A stretch of DNA of 64,000 nucleotides, taken from NCBI GenBank assembly GCA_947630575.1, contig CANRIB010000001.1, positions 6,085 to 70,084 of the forward strand, written 5' to 3'. Source of the stretch: an uncultured Bacilli bacterium. Its GTDB lineage: Bacteria > Bacillota_I > Bacilli_A > RF39 > UBA660. Numbering within the stretch: the first letter of the stretch is position 1; each line of letters starts with the position of its first letter. Below the pieces are notes generated by a model. It was given only the letters and a program-made list of their open reading frames with translations. It was not told the origin of the DNA and ran no database searches. Made by a program: the position numbers and the translations under genes. Positions 48,277-58,904 of the stretch are shown here, piece after piece.

Positions 48277-48295
48277 GGTGCGCCAGTGGCGCACC
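48277..48295 (+). terminator. GC-rich perfect hairpin downstream of the DUF1016 gene
   Basis: GGTGCGCC-AGT-GGCGCACC. The T-run begins only about 9 nt later, so terminator function is uncertain. Confidence 0.35.
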
Positions 48296-48470
48296 AATTG
48301 TGTTGTTTTTGATTTTATTTTGAAATTTTTGTTTATTATTTTTAAATGGTGGCCCACTGGGCTAACTATTTTGAACGCATATAAGATATATATTGCCAAT
48401 CGAAGATAAAAATAAAAGAAATTCTTAAGTTACTTGTTTTTTTAGGCTTTTCTTTTTATAATATATTTAG

Positions 48471-49388
48471 GTGGTAGATATGATTATAGGTTCTCATGTT
48501 TCTTTTGGGAAAGAGCAATTGCTTGGAAGTGTTAAAGAAGCACTTAGTTATGGAGCAAATACTTTTATGTTTTATACAGGAGCTCCTCAAAATACTATTA
48601 GAAAAAGTATAGATAATAATTTAACTTTAGAAGCTAAAAGATTAATGGTAGAAAATGGCATTGATATTAATAATGTTATTTGTCATGCACCTTATATTGT
48701 TAATTTAGCTAATAATTTAGATGCTTCAAAATATGATTTTAGTATTAATTTTTTAAAGGGTGAAGTTACAAGATGTGGTATTTTAGGTATTAAATATTTA
48801 GTTTTACATCCTGGTTCTAGTGTAGGTATTGAAAGAAATATAGCATTAGATAATATTATTTATGCTTTAAATAAAATTATTACACCTGATATTGAAACTA
48901 TGATATTATTAGAAACTATGGCAGGTAAAGGAACAGAGCTTGGTTGCACTTTAGAAGAGATAAAATATATTATTGATGGAGTTAATTTAAAAGATAAAAT
49001 AGGGGTTTGTTTAGATACTTGTCATTTAAATGATGCTGGGTATGAAATGAATAAATTTGAGAAGTTTTTAGAATTGTTTGATAAAGTAGTAGGCCTAAAA
49101 TATATTAAATGTATTCATGTTAATGATAGTAAAAATGTTTTAGGTTCGCATAAAGATCGACATGCGAATATTGGATTTGGAACAATTGGTTTTGATACAA
49201 TAAATAATATTATTAATAATAATCTATTAAAAGATATTCCAAAGATATTAGAAACACCTTATATTGGGAATGATGATTTAGATAAAGAAAGGTTGTATCC
49301 ACCTTATAAGTTTGAGATAGATATGATAAAAAAGGGGAGTTTTAATGCTAATTTGTTAGAAGATATTAGAAATAGTTATAATAAATAA
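48471..49388 (+). CDS. nfo: Endonuclease IV
   Basis: GSHVS...; HAPY..NL; LHPGS; ET.AG.G; CLDTCH; H.NDS motifs. Confidence 0.9.
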   Translation: MVDMIIGSHVSFGKEQLLGSVKEALSYGANTFMFYTGAPQNTIRKSIDNNLTLEAKRLMVENGIDINNVICHAPYIVNLANNLDASKYDFSINFLKGEVTRCGILGIKYLVLHPGSSVGIERNIALDNIIYALNKIITPDIETMILLETMAGKGTELGCTLEEIKYIIDGVNLKDKIGVCLDTCHLNDAGYEMNKFEKFLELFDKVVGLKYIKCIHVNDSKNVLGSHKDRHANIGFGTIGFDTINNIINNNLLKDIPKILETPYIGNDDLDKERLYPPYKFEIDMIKKGSFNANLLEDIRNSYNK

Positions 49389-49395
49389 AAAAGCC

Positions 49396-49668
49396 TTATC
49401 CTAAAAGGCTTTTGTAGCGTGCACTATATTCATTAAAGAGTTTTTGAATTTTAGTGAAATTCTCGGGACTAAATCTATCTTTATAGCGTTCTAAGTTTAA
49501 AAGTTTGGGATTATTAATTACTTGTTCCCAATTTTTTTTGACAAAATTATAAGTAAATGTTAATTCTTCTTCGGTTAAATTAATATTTTTACTTAAAGCA
49601 AAATTATTAACTTCTTCTTTAGTTAAATTATTCATGACACGCGCGATTATATTATACATATATTTCAC
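49396..49668 (-). CDS. DUF2624/YqfT-like small protein
   Basis: Small helical protein convergent with nfo, as with the Bacillus yqfS-yqfT neighbours. Assignment by context and resemblance. Confidence 0.45.
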   Translation of the reverse strand: MKYMYNIIARVMNNLTKEEVNNFALSKNINLTEEELTFTYNFVKKNWEQVINNPKLLNLERYKDRFSPENFTKIQKLFNEYSARYKSLLG

Positions 49669-49711
49669 CCTAATATATTGTATGAAAATAAGGAAAAATT
49701 GAATACTAATA

Positions 49712-51682
49712 ATGGTGAAGATTATGCCAAAAAAGTTTTATATATTATGTGGTTTAATTATAGTTATATTTGGGATTTTTATAGATAGAGTTATTAATTT
49801 AGCTTATAATAAACATGATTATTATAGGGATAAATATATAGCTATAAATGAGCAATATACTTATGGGAGTACGGCACCAAGAGGGAGAATATTAGATATT
49901 AATGGAAAAGTTTTGGTTGATAATAAAGGGGTTAATACAATTTTATATCATAAGCAAAATGGAATAAGTAAAGAGGAAGAAATAGAGATAGCTAAAAAGT
50001 TAGCTAATATTACTGAATATAAATATAAATATGATGAAGATAAGTTAATTGATTATTTTTTAGTGTTATATCCTGATGTTGGAGATTCTTTAATAAGTGA
50101 TAGAGAATATGAATTATATCAGAAAAGAAAACTTTCTAAAGATAGTTTAGAAGAAAGAAAAAGAAAAAGAGTAACTGAAGAAGATATTAATGGTTTAAGT
50201 GAAGAAGAAAAATATAGTTCTTATTTTTATTATTTAATGAATGAAGGATATATGTATGATAATAAAATATTATTAGAAGATATTGATGAAGAGTTATATG
50301 CTAAAATATTAGAAAATAATTTGGCGGGAGTTTTTGGGGAAGTTTTTTCTAAAAGATATTATCCTTATGGAGAGTGTTTAAAGACAATTTTAGGAGAGAT
50401 TAGTAGTTCACTTCCTAGTGAAAAAAAAGAGTTATTAGATAAAGGTTATAGTTTAACAGATAAAGTAGGGATAAGTGGTTTAGAAGAGTATTATGAAGAA
50501 TATTTAAGAGGAGATAAGGCTTTATATAAAATTGTAGGTAATAATTTGGAATTAGTTAAGGAAGCTAAAAAGGGAAAAGATTTGGTTTTAGATATAGATA
50601 TAGATATGCAGTTAAAAGTAGAAGAAATAGTAAAAAAAGAAATGCTTAAAAATAGAAAGTTACCTAATACGGAATATTATAAAGAATCATATGCTTTAGT
50701 TAGTGAGCCTAAAACAGGAAATGTTAAAGCTATCGTGGGTCTTAGGATGATTACCAATAATAAAGATATTAATTTTCAAGATGTGAGTATTAATGTTATT
50801 CGTAATGCTTATACAGTGGGAAGTGTCGTTAAGGGAGCATCAATGACTGTTGGGTATCAAAATAACGCGATAGATATTGGAACAACAATGGTGGATAGTT
50901 GTGTGAAACTTGCTAATATTCCGGCTAAATGTTCATGGACAAGATTAGGACGAATTAATGATTTGCAAGCACTCGCGGTAAGTAGTAATTATTATCAATT
51001 TGTAACAGCCCTTAGGGTGGCAGGTTATAAATATGTTTATAATATGGAAGCACCAGTTAAAGAAGAAGATTTTAATAAATATCGGGATACTTTTGCTAGT
51101 TTTGGTTTGGGAGCTTTAACAGGTATTGATTTACCAAAAGAAGCAACAGGACTTAAGGGAGAGAAAATAGCCCCGGATTTACTTATGAATTTAGCTATTG
51201 GGCAATATGATTTATATACTCCAGTTAATTTACTCCAATATATTAATACAATTGCAAATGATGGAGCCCGATATAAACTGAATATTTTAAATAAAGTTAT
51301 AGATAATGATAAAGTTATTTATGAAAATAAACCGGTGTTTTTGAATAAAATAGAACTAGAAGAAAAATATATGCAAAGAATTCAAGCCGGTTTTAGGGAA
51401 GTAATGAAGTCAGGAACAGGTTATTGGTATGCCAATCCTAGATTAAATGCCGCTGGAAAAACTGGAACTAGTGAATCATATATTGATAGTGATTATAATG
51501 GAACACTGGATGCTTATGTGATAAGTAATACTTTTATTATGTATGCTCCGATGGATGAACCTCTTTATTCAATCGTGGTAATTAGCCCAAATACAGCCAA
51601 TTTAAAGGGGAAATCTAGTTATCAATCCCAGATAAATCGCTTAATTGCACGAGGAATTAATGATTATCTATTCACAAATTAG
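49712..51682 (+). CDS. Class B penicillin-binding protein (PBP2/MrdA-like)
   Basis: N-terminal TM segment. SVVK (SxxK), SSN and KTGTS motifs. Confidence 0.85.
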   Translation: MVKIMPKKFYILCGLIIVIFGIFIDRVINLAYNKHDYYRDKYIAINEQYTYGSTAPRGRILDINGKVLVDNKGVNTILYHKQNGISKEEEIEIAKKLANITEYKYKYDEDKLIDYFLVLYPDVGDSLISDREYELYQKRKLSKDSLEERKRKRVTEEDINGLSEEEKYSSYFYYLMNEGYMYDNKILLEDIDEELYAKILENNLAGVFGEVFSKRYYPYGECLKTILGEISSSLPSEKKELLDKGYSLTDKVGISGLEEYYEEYLRGDKALYKIVGNNLELVKEAKKGKDLVLDIDIDMQLKVEEIVKKEMLKNRKLPNTEYYKESYALVSEPKTGNVKAIVGLRMITNNKDINFQDVSINVIRNAYTVGSVVKGASMTVGYQNNAIDIGTTMVDSCVKLANIPAKCSWTRLGRINDLQALAVSSNYYQFVTALRVAGYKYVYNMEAPVKEEDFNKYRDTFASFGLGALTGIDLPKEATGLKGEKIAPDLLMNLAIGQYDLYTPVNLLQYINTIANDGARYKLNILNKVIDNDKVIYENKPVFLNKIELEEKYMQRIQAGFREVMKSGTGYWYANPRLNAAGKTGTSESYIDSDYNGTLDAYVISNTFIMYAPMDEPLYSIVVISPNTANLKGKSSYQSQINRLIARGINDYLFTN

Positions 51683-51731
51683 AATTTTTTTGCTATAATA
51701 CATCTAGACTTTTTATAAAGGAGGTGCTTTT

Positions 51732-51896
51732 ATGGCTAAAAATGAAAATAGAAATTATGTAACTTTAAAATGCACAGTATGTGGTGAAGAACTAAGATGT
51801 ACAAGTAAAAATAAAAAGAATACTCCTGATCGTTTAGAAGTTAAGAAGTATTGTAAGAAGTGTCATAAACATCAAATCGTTAAAGAAAAGAAATAG
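51732..51896 (+). CDS. rpmG: 50S ribosomal protein L33
   Basis: 54-aa ORF behind AAGGAGG with a CxxC...CxxC pattern (KCTVCGEE ... YCKKCHKH). Below the ORF-track cutoff. Confidence 0.85.
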   Translation: MAKNENRNYVTLKCTVCGEELRCTSKNKKNTPDRLEVKKYCKKCHKHQIVKEKK

Positions 51897-51911
51897 TAAG
51901 GAGAATTATTT

Positions 51912-52073
51912 ATGCAGGGGAAAACTCATTATCGCTTAATAAGAACAAATTATAACTCACCAGTAATAGCTATAATGACTAATAAAGTGTGTGTTAATAA
52001 ATGTCAAACTAAAGATACTGGTTTAAAAAGGAAGAAAAGATTTGGCATTTTTACAAAGAAAAGTGAGGAATAA
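51912..52073 (+). CDS. Hypothetical small basic protein (53 aa)
   Basis: ATG 8 nt after AAGGAG. Fills the rpmG-efp gap. No homolog recalled. Confidence 0.3.
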   Translation: MQGKTHYRLIRTNYNSPVIAIMTNKVCVNKCQTKDTGLKRKKRFGIFTKKSEE

Positions 52074-52075
52074 AA

Positions 52076-52636
52076 ATGAATATTAATATAAATGATATTA
52101 AAAATGGTATGACTATTATTATGGATAATAATTTATATCAAATTGTAGATTTTCAACATGTTAAACCAGGAAAAGGTTCGGCTTTTGTTAGAATGAAATT
52201 AAAAAATTTAAGAACTGGTTCCATTACAGAAGATACATATAATACAAATATTAAAATAACTAAAGCTCATGTAGATAGAACACCTATGCAATATTTATAT
52301 GCAGCGGGAGATAATTATGTATTTATGAATAATGAAACTTATGAACAAGTAGAAATATCTACTAAAGTTCTAGGAGATCAAGTTAAGTTTATTAAAGAAG
52401 GACTTGATATTACAGTTGATTATTTTGAAGGAGAAATATTAGGAATTACTTTACCAGAAAAAGTAGAATATGAAGTAGTAGAAACAGAACCTGCTGTGAA
52501 GGGTAATACAACAAATAATGCTCAAAAAGATGCGAAGATTGAAACAGGATATGTGGTTAAAGTTCCTTTATTTATTAATGAAGGAGAAAAAATTATTATT
52601 TCAACTAAAGATGGTAAATATTCCAGTAGAGCGTAA
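52076..52636 (+). CDS. efp: Elongation factor P
   Basis: N-terminal ...FQHVKPGKGSAFVRMKLKNL..G pattern, 186 aa. Confidence 0.95.
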   Translation: MNININDIKNGMTIIMDNNLYQIVDFQHVKPGKGSAFVRMKLKNLRTGSITEDTYNTNIKITKAHVDRTPMQYLYAAGDNYVFMNNETYEQVEISTKVLGDQVKFIKEGLDITVDYFEGEILGITLPEKVEYEVVETEPAVKGNTTNNAQKDAKIETGYVVKVPLFINEGEKIIISTKDGKYSSRA

Positions 52637-52639
52637 ATT

Positions 52640-52665
52640 AACTATTAGATTTAATAGTTTTTTTT
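52640..52665 (+). terminator. Rho-independent terminator after efp
   Basis: AACTATTA-GAT-TAATAGTT stem plus TTTTTTT. Confidence 0.7.
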
Positions 52666-52845
52666 ATTTTTTCTTGTTATTATTGAGGGAGTATGATAAA
52701 ATAAGTAAGCTTTAAAGGGGGATAATTATGGGTTTATATTTTGGCTTTGATTTAGATGAAGCTTATAGTAGAAAGAAAATAAAAAAGAAATAATTACTTG
52801 ACTTAAATAGTTTTTGGCGTAATAATTATAATAGAGGTTAAGATA

Positions 52846-53346
52846 ATGAAGATAGAAGCTAATATAACTAATGTTTTTAAGTGTTTTAATGAAGCAAGAA
52901 GAATTGCTAAAAATAAGAAAAGAATTATAAAAACGGAAAAGTTAAGTTTGAAAACTTATTGGGTGAGTAAATTAATAATTTTAGGGAGTTATTTATTTTT
53001 AGCTTTATTATTGATATTTAATGGTTGTATTATGGGAGCTAATATCATTATATTTTTAATTATTATTTATTGGTTGGGAAGTTTTTTTAGAGTAATAATT
53101 AGTTTTAAAATGCGAAAGAAAGCTTTGGTTTTAGTCTTTAATAAAGAGGGTATTACTGATGAATCATATTTAGGTATTAAAATGGTCTTTAAATGGGAAA
53201 AGATTCAGGCGGTAGTTTTTGGGACATATTCAATTACTATTTTGACTGATACACCTTATTATTTGTTTTTGGGAATAAAGGCAAAGAATAAAGTTGTAGA
53301 TGCTCTAAATAAATATAATAAGGAAGTTTTGGTTATTGGCTTATGA
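52846..53346 (+). CDS. Hypothetical membrane protein (YcxB-like topology)
   Basis: Two TM helices followed by a small soluble domain. Confidence 0.45.
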   Translation: MKIEANITNVFKCFNEARRIAKNKKRIIKTEKLSLKTYWVSKLIILGSYLFLALLLIFNGCIMGANIIIFLIIIYWLGSFFRVIISFKMRKKALVLVFNKEGITDESYLGIKMVFKWEKIQAVVFGTYSITILTDTPYYLFLGIKAKNKVVDALNKYNKEVLVIGL

Positions 53347-53810
53347 TAGAGGAAATTTTAGAAGAATTAAAGATAGAATATGAATTATTAAAGCATGATC
53401 CTTTATATACTGTTTCAGATGCACAGATTATTAAAGATAAGATAAAGGGTGTTGGAGTTAAAAATTTATTTTTGAAAGATAAAGATAAGAATTATTTCTT
53501 GGTTTTGATTAAAGATGATAAGAAGCTTAATATTAGAAATTTAGAAAATAAGTTAAGATTAAAAAACATAACTTTTGCTAGTTTGGATGAATTAAAAAAG
53601 ATTCTTAATTTAGAAAAAGGCAGTGTAACTCCTTTAGCAATAATAAATGATAAAGAAAATATAGTTAAAATTGTGATTGATAAAGAATTAGAAAACAATT
53701 GGGTTTTAGTGCATCCATTAGTTAATACAAAAACTATTTCTTTGCAGTTTAGGGATTTAATTAAGTTTATTAAATATTATAATCATGAATATATTATATT
53801 GGATTTATAA
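53343..53810 (+). CDS. YbaK/ProX-type aminoacyl-tRNA deacylase domain protein
   Basis: KNLFLKDKDKNYFLVL...LNLEKGSVTPLAIIND...V.HP pattern typical of prolyl-tRNA-synthetase-associated editing domains. Confidence 0.7.
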   Translation: MIEEILEELKIEYELLKHDPLYTVSDAQIIKDKIKGVGVKNLFLKDKDKNYFLVLIKDDKKLNIRNLENKLRLKNITFASLDELKKILNLEKGSVTPLAIINDKENIVKIVIDKELENNWVLVHPLVNTKTISLQFRDLIKFIKYYNHEYIILDL

Positions 53811-53832
53811 AAAAATACTTCTTTGGGAAGTA

Positions 53833-54150
53833 TTAAATTATATCATCAATATATTTTTTTAGTTGGTGAGCATCTTTACCAAAGATTATTTTTAATTGAT
53901 TGTCTATTTCAACAATTCCTTTGGCGCCCAGTTTTTCAATCGCGTCTTTATTAACTAAAGATATATCTTTTAAAATAACTTTAAATCTGCTCATATTACA
54001 TTCGGCACTGACAATGTTATCTTTGCCACCTAGATAACCGATTAATTTGTTTGCTTCAATTCGAAAATCTCTTTTAGATAATTTTAAAACAATTAAGCAA
54101 ACTATTACTAAAACAATTCCTATAATGAGATATTGTAACCATGTTTCCAT
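53833..54150 (-). CDS. Membrane-anchored PTS EIIB-like domain protein
   Basis: N-terminal TM segment, then GGKDNIVSAECNMSRFKVILKD, resembling the glucose-type EIIB Cys loop. Confidence 0.5.
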   Translation of the reverse strand: METWLQYLIIGIVLVIVCLIVLKLSKRDFRIEANKLIGYLGGKDNIVSAECNMSRFKVILKDISLVNKDAIEKLGAKGIVEIDNQLKIIFGKDAHQLKKYIDDII

Positions 54151-54253
54151 ATTATCACCAATTACATTATACTACATTTTTAAAATATTTAAAACATTTT
54201 TTGTATATTTAAGAAAATACGTTTCATAATAAGTATTAAGGAAATGGTGAAAA

Positions 54254-54790
54254 ATGAAAAAGATAATTATATTTATTATGAGTTTGTTTTTAGTTGTGGG
54301 TTGTTCTTGCAGTAATGATTTAGCTGCTGATGCCGTAGAAAAATATCTTAATGATTATAAAGGACTATCAGAAGATGTTTTAAAAGATATTGATAAACTA
54401 GTAGAAAATGAGGATTTAAATGATAAAGAAAAGGATATGTATAAGGAAGTATTAAAAAGACAATATAGGAATTTAAGTTATACAATAGAAAATGAATCTT
54501 ATGATGGAGATAATGCAAAAGTAACAGTTAAAGTTACGGTGTATGACTTGCATAAAGTAGAAAAGGAAACACAAGATTATTTAAATAGTCATGAAGATGA
54601 ATTTTTAAATAATGGAGTATATGACTCAGATAAATATTTAGAATATAAGTTAGATGAAATGAAAAAGACAGAAGATACTACTAGTTATAATATAGTTTTT
54701 AAAACAATTAAAGTTGATGGTAAATGGCAAGTGGAACAACCGGATGAAGAAACACTAGAAAAGATTCATGGTATTTATAATTATGATTAA
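54254..54790 (+). CDS. Hypothetical lipoprotein
   Basis: Signal peptide with lipobox LVVGC. Confidence 0.6.
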   Translation: MKKIIIFIMSLFLVVGCSCSNDLAADAVEKYLNDYKGLSEDVLKDIDKLVENEDLNDKEKDMYKEVLKRQYRNLSYTIENESYDGDNAKVTVKVTVYDLHKVEKETQDYLNSHEDEFLNNGVYDSDKYLEYKLDEMKKTEDTTSYNIVFKTIKVDGKWQVEQPDEETLEKIHGIYNYD

Positions 54791-54869
54791 CAGATTATTT
54801 AGTCTGTTTTTTCTTTTTAAATAAATATTGTATTAAGTGATGGTTTATGTTAGAATATTTTAATTAAAT

Positions 54870-55532
54870 GTGAGGGTTATCATGAACTATTTTAAGCTTT
54901 TAAAGTTAAAAGAAGAAGAATTAGAACTTTTAAAAAAGAAATTAGAGAGAATTACTTTAGAATATAGAAAAAATTTACAATCTAAATTAGATATGTTAGA
55001 TTTATGTAATAAAGAAAGAGAAAATTTATCTGAATTAAATAAAGTTTATGAAGAAGAACAGAAAAAAGATGGAATGGTAGAATTGATGATATTCTTTCTT
55101 TTATTATCGGCGATAATATTAATAATTATTTTTAATTTATTTCCTCATTTATTATTGAAAGTTATTTTAATATTAGGATTATTTAATTTTGGGGAAATAG
55201 AGATTAATTTAAAAGTTATAAAATATATAACTAAGAAATACCAAAAGTATAGAGCTTTAAATGAAGATGTTATTTATCAGCAACAATTATTGATAGAGCA
55301 ATTAGAATATAAAGAAGCTCTAGTAAAGAATAGTTATCAGGAAATATTAGAAGAAAAATTAAAATTAACTAAAATAGTGCAAGATAAAACAAGAGAATTA
55401 GAAGAACTTAAAAATAATATTTTGGAAGCTTTTTATCCTTTTTTAGTTAGTTTAGAAGAACAAGATTTAAGTAGTAATTTAAAGTATCAAGAAGCTTTAA
55501 AAAGAGTGAGAAAATTCAAGATTAAAGAATAA
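54870..55532 (+). CDS. Hypothetical coiled-coil membrane protein
   Basis: ORF with central TM helices flanked by heptad-rich segments. Confidence 0.45.
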   Translation: MRVIMNYFKLLKLKEEELELLKKKLERITLEYRKNLQSKLDMLDLCNKERENLSELNKVYEEEQKKDGMVELMIFFLLLSAIILIIIFNLFPHLLLKVILILGLFNFGEIEINLKVIKYITKKYQKYRALNEDVIYQQQLLIEQLEYKEALVKNSYQEILEEKLKLTKIVQDKTRELEELKNNILEAFYPFLVSLEEQDLSSNLKYQEALKRVRKFKIKE

Positions 55533-55581
55533 GAATAGTATTTTTTATTAATTTAGACATACATATTAATAGGTGGGTTAA

Positions 55582-56664
55582 ATGAAGAAAATCTTACTTA
55601 TGATATGTCTTTTTTTATTACCAATTAATGTTTGGGCAATAAGTGCTCGAAATGCAATAGTAATGGATTTAAATAGTGGGAGAGTGCTATATGATATAAA
55701 TAGTCATGATGAACATTTAATTGCCTCGATTACAAAGATTATGACTTCTTTAGTAGCCATAACTTATGGGGATTTGGAAAAAGAAGTGACGGTGAGTGAT
55801 AGTATTTTAAAGGCTTATGGGTCAAGTGTTTATTTAACAGTGGGGGAAAAGTTAAAGTTAGAAGATTTACTTTATGGTTTGATGCTTAGAAGTGGAAATG
55901 ATGCGGCCATTGCTATTGCGGAAAATGTCGGAGGTTCTTTGGAAGGCTTTGTTTATTTAATGAATGAGTATGCCAAAATTATTGGGATGAAAAATACTAA
56001 TTTTGTTAATCCCCATGGGTTAGATAATAAGGGAGAAGGAAATATTTCTAGTGCTTATGATATGGCATTACTTACAAAAGTGGCAATGGAAAATAAAATG
56101 TTTCGAAAAATATTTGGAACTACTTATTATAAATGTGAAAGTAATATGAAACATTATAGTTGGGAAGGGAAAAATAAACTTTTTAAAATGTATAAATATA
56201 CAACAGGAGGAAAAACAGGATTTACAGAAAGTGCTCGAAGAACTTTAGTTACGACGGCGAAAAAAGATAATATGGAACTGGTGGTTGTTACTTTAAATGA
56301 TCCGAATGATTTTTTAGATCATAAGAGTTTATATGAAACTTATTTTAATAAATATAAAGCTGTAAAAGTGCTTGATAAAAAGAATTTTAAAGTAGATGAT
56401 GGATATTATAAAAATGTTAGTTTTTATATTAAAAATGATTATTATGCTTTGGTAACAAAGAGGGAAGAAAAAGATTTAAAAGTAGAATATAATCTTTATA
56501 AAGATGTCAATGTTACAGATGATATTAAGATTGGGGAAGTTAAAATTAAGTTAAAAGATACAGTTTTACATACAGAAAGTATTTATGCCTTAAATATTAA
56601 ACCTCAAGAAGAACCAAAAAAGAATTTATGGCAAAAATTAATCGGGTGGTTTAAATCATGGTAA
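55582..56664 (+). CDS. dacB: D-alanyl-D-alanine carboxypeptidase (DacB/DacF-type)
   Basis: SITK, SGND and KTGFT motifs. Followed by spmA-spmB, as in Bacillus. Confidence 0.85.
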   Translation: MKKILLMICLFLLPINVWAISARNAIVMDLNSGRVLYDINSHDEHLIASITKIMTSLVAITYGDLEKEVTVSDSILKAYGSSVYLTVGEKLKLEDLLYGLMLRSGNDAAIAIAENVGGSLEGFVYLMNEYAKIIGMKNTNFVNPHGLDNKGEGNISSAYDMALLTKVAMENKMFRKIFGTTYYKCESNMKHYSWEGKNKLFKMYKYTTGGKTGFTESARRTLVTTAKKDNMELVVVTLNDPNDFLDHKSLYETYFNKYKAVKVLDKKNFKVDDGYYKNVSFYIKNDYYALVTKREEKDLKVEYNLYKDVNVTDDIKIGEVKIKLKDTVLHTESIYALNIKPQEEPKKNLWQKLIGWFKSW

Positions 56665-57236
56665 ATGTTATTTGGGCGGCTTTAATATTTATTGCGATTG
56701 GGTATTCTTTAATTACAGGTAATATTGAAGTTATCAATAATGGAATTTTAACACATGCGACAACCGGCATAAATTTAATATTAGAAATGATGCCTTTAAT
56801 GATTTTATGGACGGGAATTATGAAAATTGCTGAAGTATCAGGGTTATTGAACGTTTTTGCGCGTGTTTTAAATCCAATTTTAAGTAAATTATTTCCAAGT
56901 TTACCAAAAGAACATAAAGCCTTGGGTTATATTGCTTCTAATGTGGGAGCTAATATGTTAGGTTTGGGTTCGGCGGCTACACCTTTTGGGTTAAAAGCTA
57001 TGGAAGAACTGCAAAAAGATAATCCTTGTAAAGATACGGCAACAGAGGCCATGATTACTTTTTTAGTATTAAATACAGGAGGTGTTACTTTAATACCAAC
57101 AACAGTAATATCGCTTAGACTTATAAATGGAAGTGTTAATCCCACTGAAATTATTATTACAAGTATTTTAGCAACATCAGTATCAAGTTTTGCGGGTTTA
57201 TTTTTAGATTATATGATAAGGAGGAAAAAAAGATGA
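56658..57236 (+). CDS. spmA: Spore maturation protein A
   Basis: Nucleoside-recognition-type membrane protein immediately after dacB. Confidence 0.75.
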   Translation: MVNVIWAALIFIAIGYSLITGNIEVINNGILTHATTGINLILEMMPLMILWTGIMKIAEVSGLLNVFARVLNPILSKLFPSLPKEHKALGYIASNVGANMLGLGSAATPFGLKAMEELQKDNPCKDTATEAMITFLVLNTGGVTLIPTTVISLRLINGSVNPTEIIITSILATSVSSFAGLFLDYMIRRKKR

Positions 57237-57754
57237 ATACTATTTCGAAAGTAATTATTCCTCTTTTTGTTTTAATTATAATTTTATATGGAGTTAAAAA
57301 GAAAGTAAATGTTTATGATACTTTTTTAGAGGGGGCTAAAGAAGGTTTAATCATGGTTTTTCATATAACTCCTACGATTATGGCAATGGTTTTTGCAGTT
57401 AATCTTTTTTTAGATAGTAATTTTTTAGAGGCGGCCCTTAGTTTTGTTAAGCCTTTGTTTAAATTAATTAATGTTCCGATGGATATTCTTCCGATGGCTC
57501 TTTTAAGACCAATCTCGGGAACAGCTTCAATGGCTATCATGAATGATATTTTTATTAATTTTGGACCTGATAGTTTTATTGGCAGATTAGCATCAACTTT
57601 GCAGGGATGCACGGATACCACAATATATGTTCTTGCTTTATATTTTGGAAGTATTAAAATTACAAAGACTAGATATTCTTTACCTGTAGGGTTATTCGCG
57701 GATTTAATGGGAATTATTGCAGCCTTTATTATAACTTTTATCTTCTTTGGCTAA
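57233..57754 (+). CDS. spmB: Spore maturation protein B
   Basis: Paired with spmA. Multi-TM, overlapping start. Confidence 0.75.
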   Translation: MNTISKVIIPLFVLIIILYGVKKKVNVYDTFLEGAKEGLIMVFHITPTIMAMVFAVNLFLDSNFLEAALSFVKPLFKLINVPMDILPMALLRPISGTASMAIMNDIFINFGPDSFIGRLASTLQGCTDTTIYVLALYFGSIKITKTRYSLPVGLFADLMGIIAAFIITFIFFG

Positions 57755-58241
57755 TTCGACAAGAAATGCTTTTAAATTGTGTTATGATATTCGTGGTGAT
57801 ATTATGAAACAAAATGCTAAAATATTTCTTTTTGCTCTGGTTTTAGGTATTGGAGTGGCAATATTTATTAATACTAAATTTGATACTTCAATTATTACTA
57901 ATGCAATGGACGCGCGAATAACATATTTGGCAATTGGGACTTATAATAATATAGAGGATGCTAATAACAAAAGTAATACTTATAATGGTTCTTTTGTTTA
58001 TGATGATGGGGGAATATATAAAGTATTAATTGGGGTTTATACGGAAGATGAAAGTGTTCTTTTGATGAGTAGTTATTTTCAAGATAAAGATATTAATTTT
58101 ACTAAAGGAGAGTTAAAGGTTAATAATAATGTTATTAAAGCTCTTAAAAATTATGAAATGTTAATTAAAACTAGTGATTCTACTTATTATGAAAATATTA
58201 ATAATTCTTTATTACAGGTATTTAGAGAATATCTAAATTAG
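57747..58241 (+). CDS. Hypothetical membrane-anchored protein, possibly SPOR-like (likely start at MKQNAK)
   Basis: TM segment followed by YLAIGTYNNIEDAN...YKVLIGVY, reminiscent of SPOR repeats. Confidence 0.35.
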   Translation: MANSTRNAFKLCYDIRGDIMKQNAKIFLFALVLGIGVAIFINTKFDTSIITNAMDARITYLAIGTYNNIEDANNKSNTYNGSFVYDDGGIYKVLIGVYTEDESVLLMSSYFQDKDINFTKGELKVNNNVIKALKNYEMLIKTSDSTYYENINNSLLQVFREYLN

Positions 58242-58271
58242 ATTAAGGTATAATAGTATTAGGTGTTATAA

Positions 58272-58904
58272 ATGCAGAAAAGAAAGTTTTTTTATATAGC
58301 ATTATTAATTATTTATCTATTATTTTTAAGTAAAGATAGTTTAATGTTGTTTAGTTCGGCAAGTGTTGATAATTTAGATAATAATAAAGAAAGTTATTAT
58401 GAAAGAGAGTATAATAAACTAAGTAAATTACTTAATATTAAAAGTGATGCTTATAACATTATTTATGCTAAAATAATTAGAAGAGATATTTATGATTTTT
58501 TTGATACTATAACTATTAATGTAGGAAGAAAAGCAAATATAGAAAAGGGGAATATTGTTATTAATGATGAGGGAGTTATTGGGGTTGTAAAAGAAGTTAA
58601 AAATAATTATAGTGAGGTAAATTTAATTACAAATAAAGAGATTAATTTATCAGTTAAAATAAATGATTCTTATGGGATTTTAACAAGTGAAGATAATAAA
58701 CTAATTGTAAAGAATCTTAAGTTAGGGCAAAAATTAAATGAGGGAGATAAAGTTTATACTTCAGGTTTAACGGATATTAAAGAGGGTTTATTAATTGGAA
58801 GTATCAAAGAGATTAAGAAAGATAATTTAGAGTTAGAATATATTATTGATGTTACTCCGAGTGTTAATTTTAATAATATTAGTTATGTGGGAGTTATATC
58901 ATGA
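58272..58904 (+). CDS. mreC: Rod shape-determining protein MreC
   Basis: TM segment plus beta-rich core (GVIGVVKEV...SEVNLIT...GDKVYTSGL...GLLIGSI). Confidence 0.8.
   Translation: MQKRKFFYIALLIIYLLFLSKDSLMLFSSASVDNLDNNKESYYEREYNKLSKLLNIKSDAYNIIYAKIIRRDIYDFFDTITINVGRKANIEKGNIVINDEGVIGVVKEVKNNYSEVNLITNKEINLSVKINDSYGILTSEDNKLIVKNLKLGQKLNEGDKVYTSGLTDIKEGLLIGSIKEIKKDNLELEYIIDVTPSVNFNNISYVGVIS

Noticed and set aside
48277-48295. The GC-rich hairpin GGTGCGCC-AGT-GGCGCACC superficially resembles the GGTGTGCGCC anchor of the variable regions.
   Set aside because: The similarity is limited to a few bases. There is no flanking cassette or variable-region homology. Most simply a stem-loop downstream of the DUF1016 gene.
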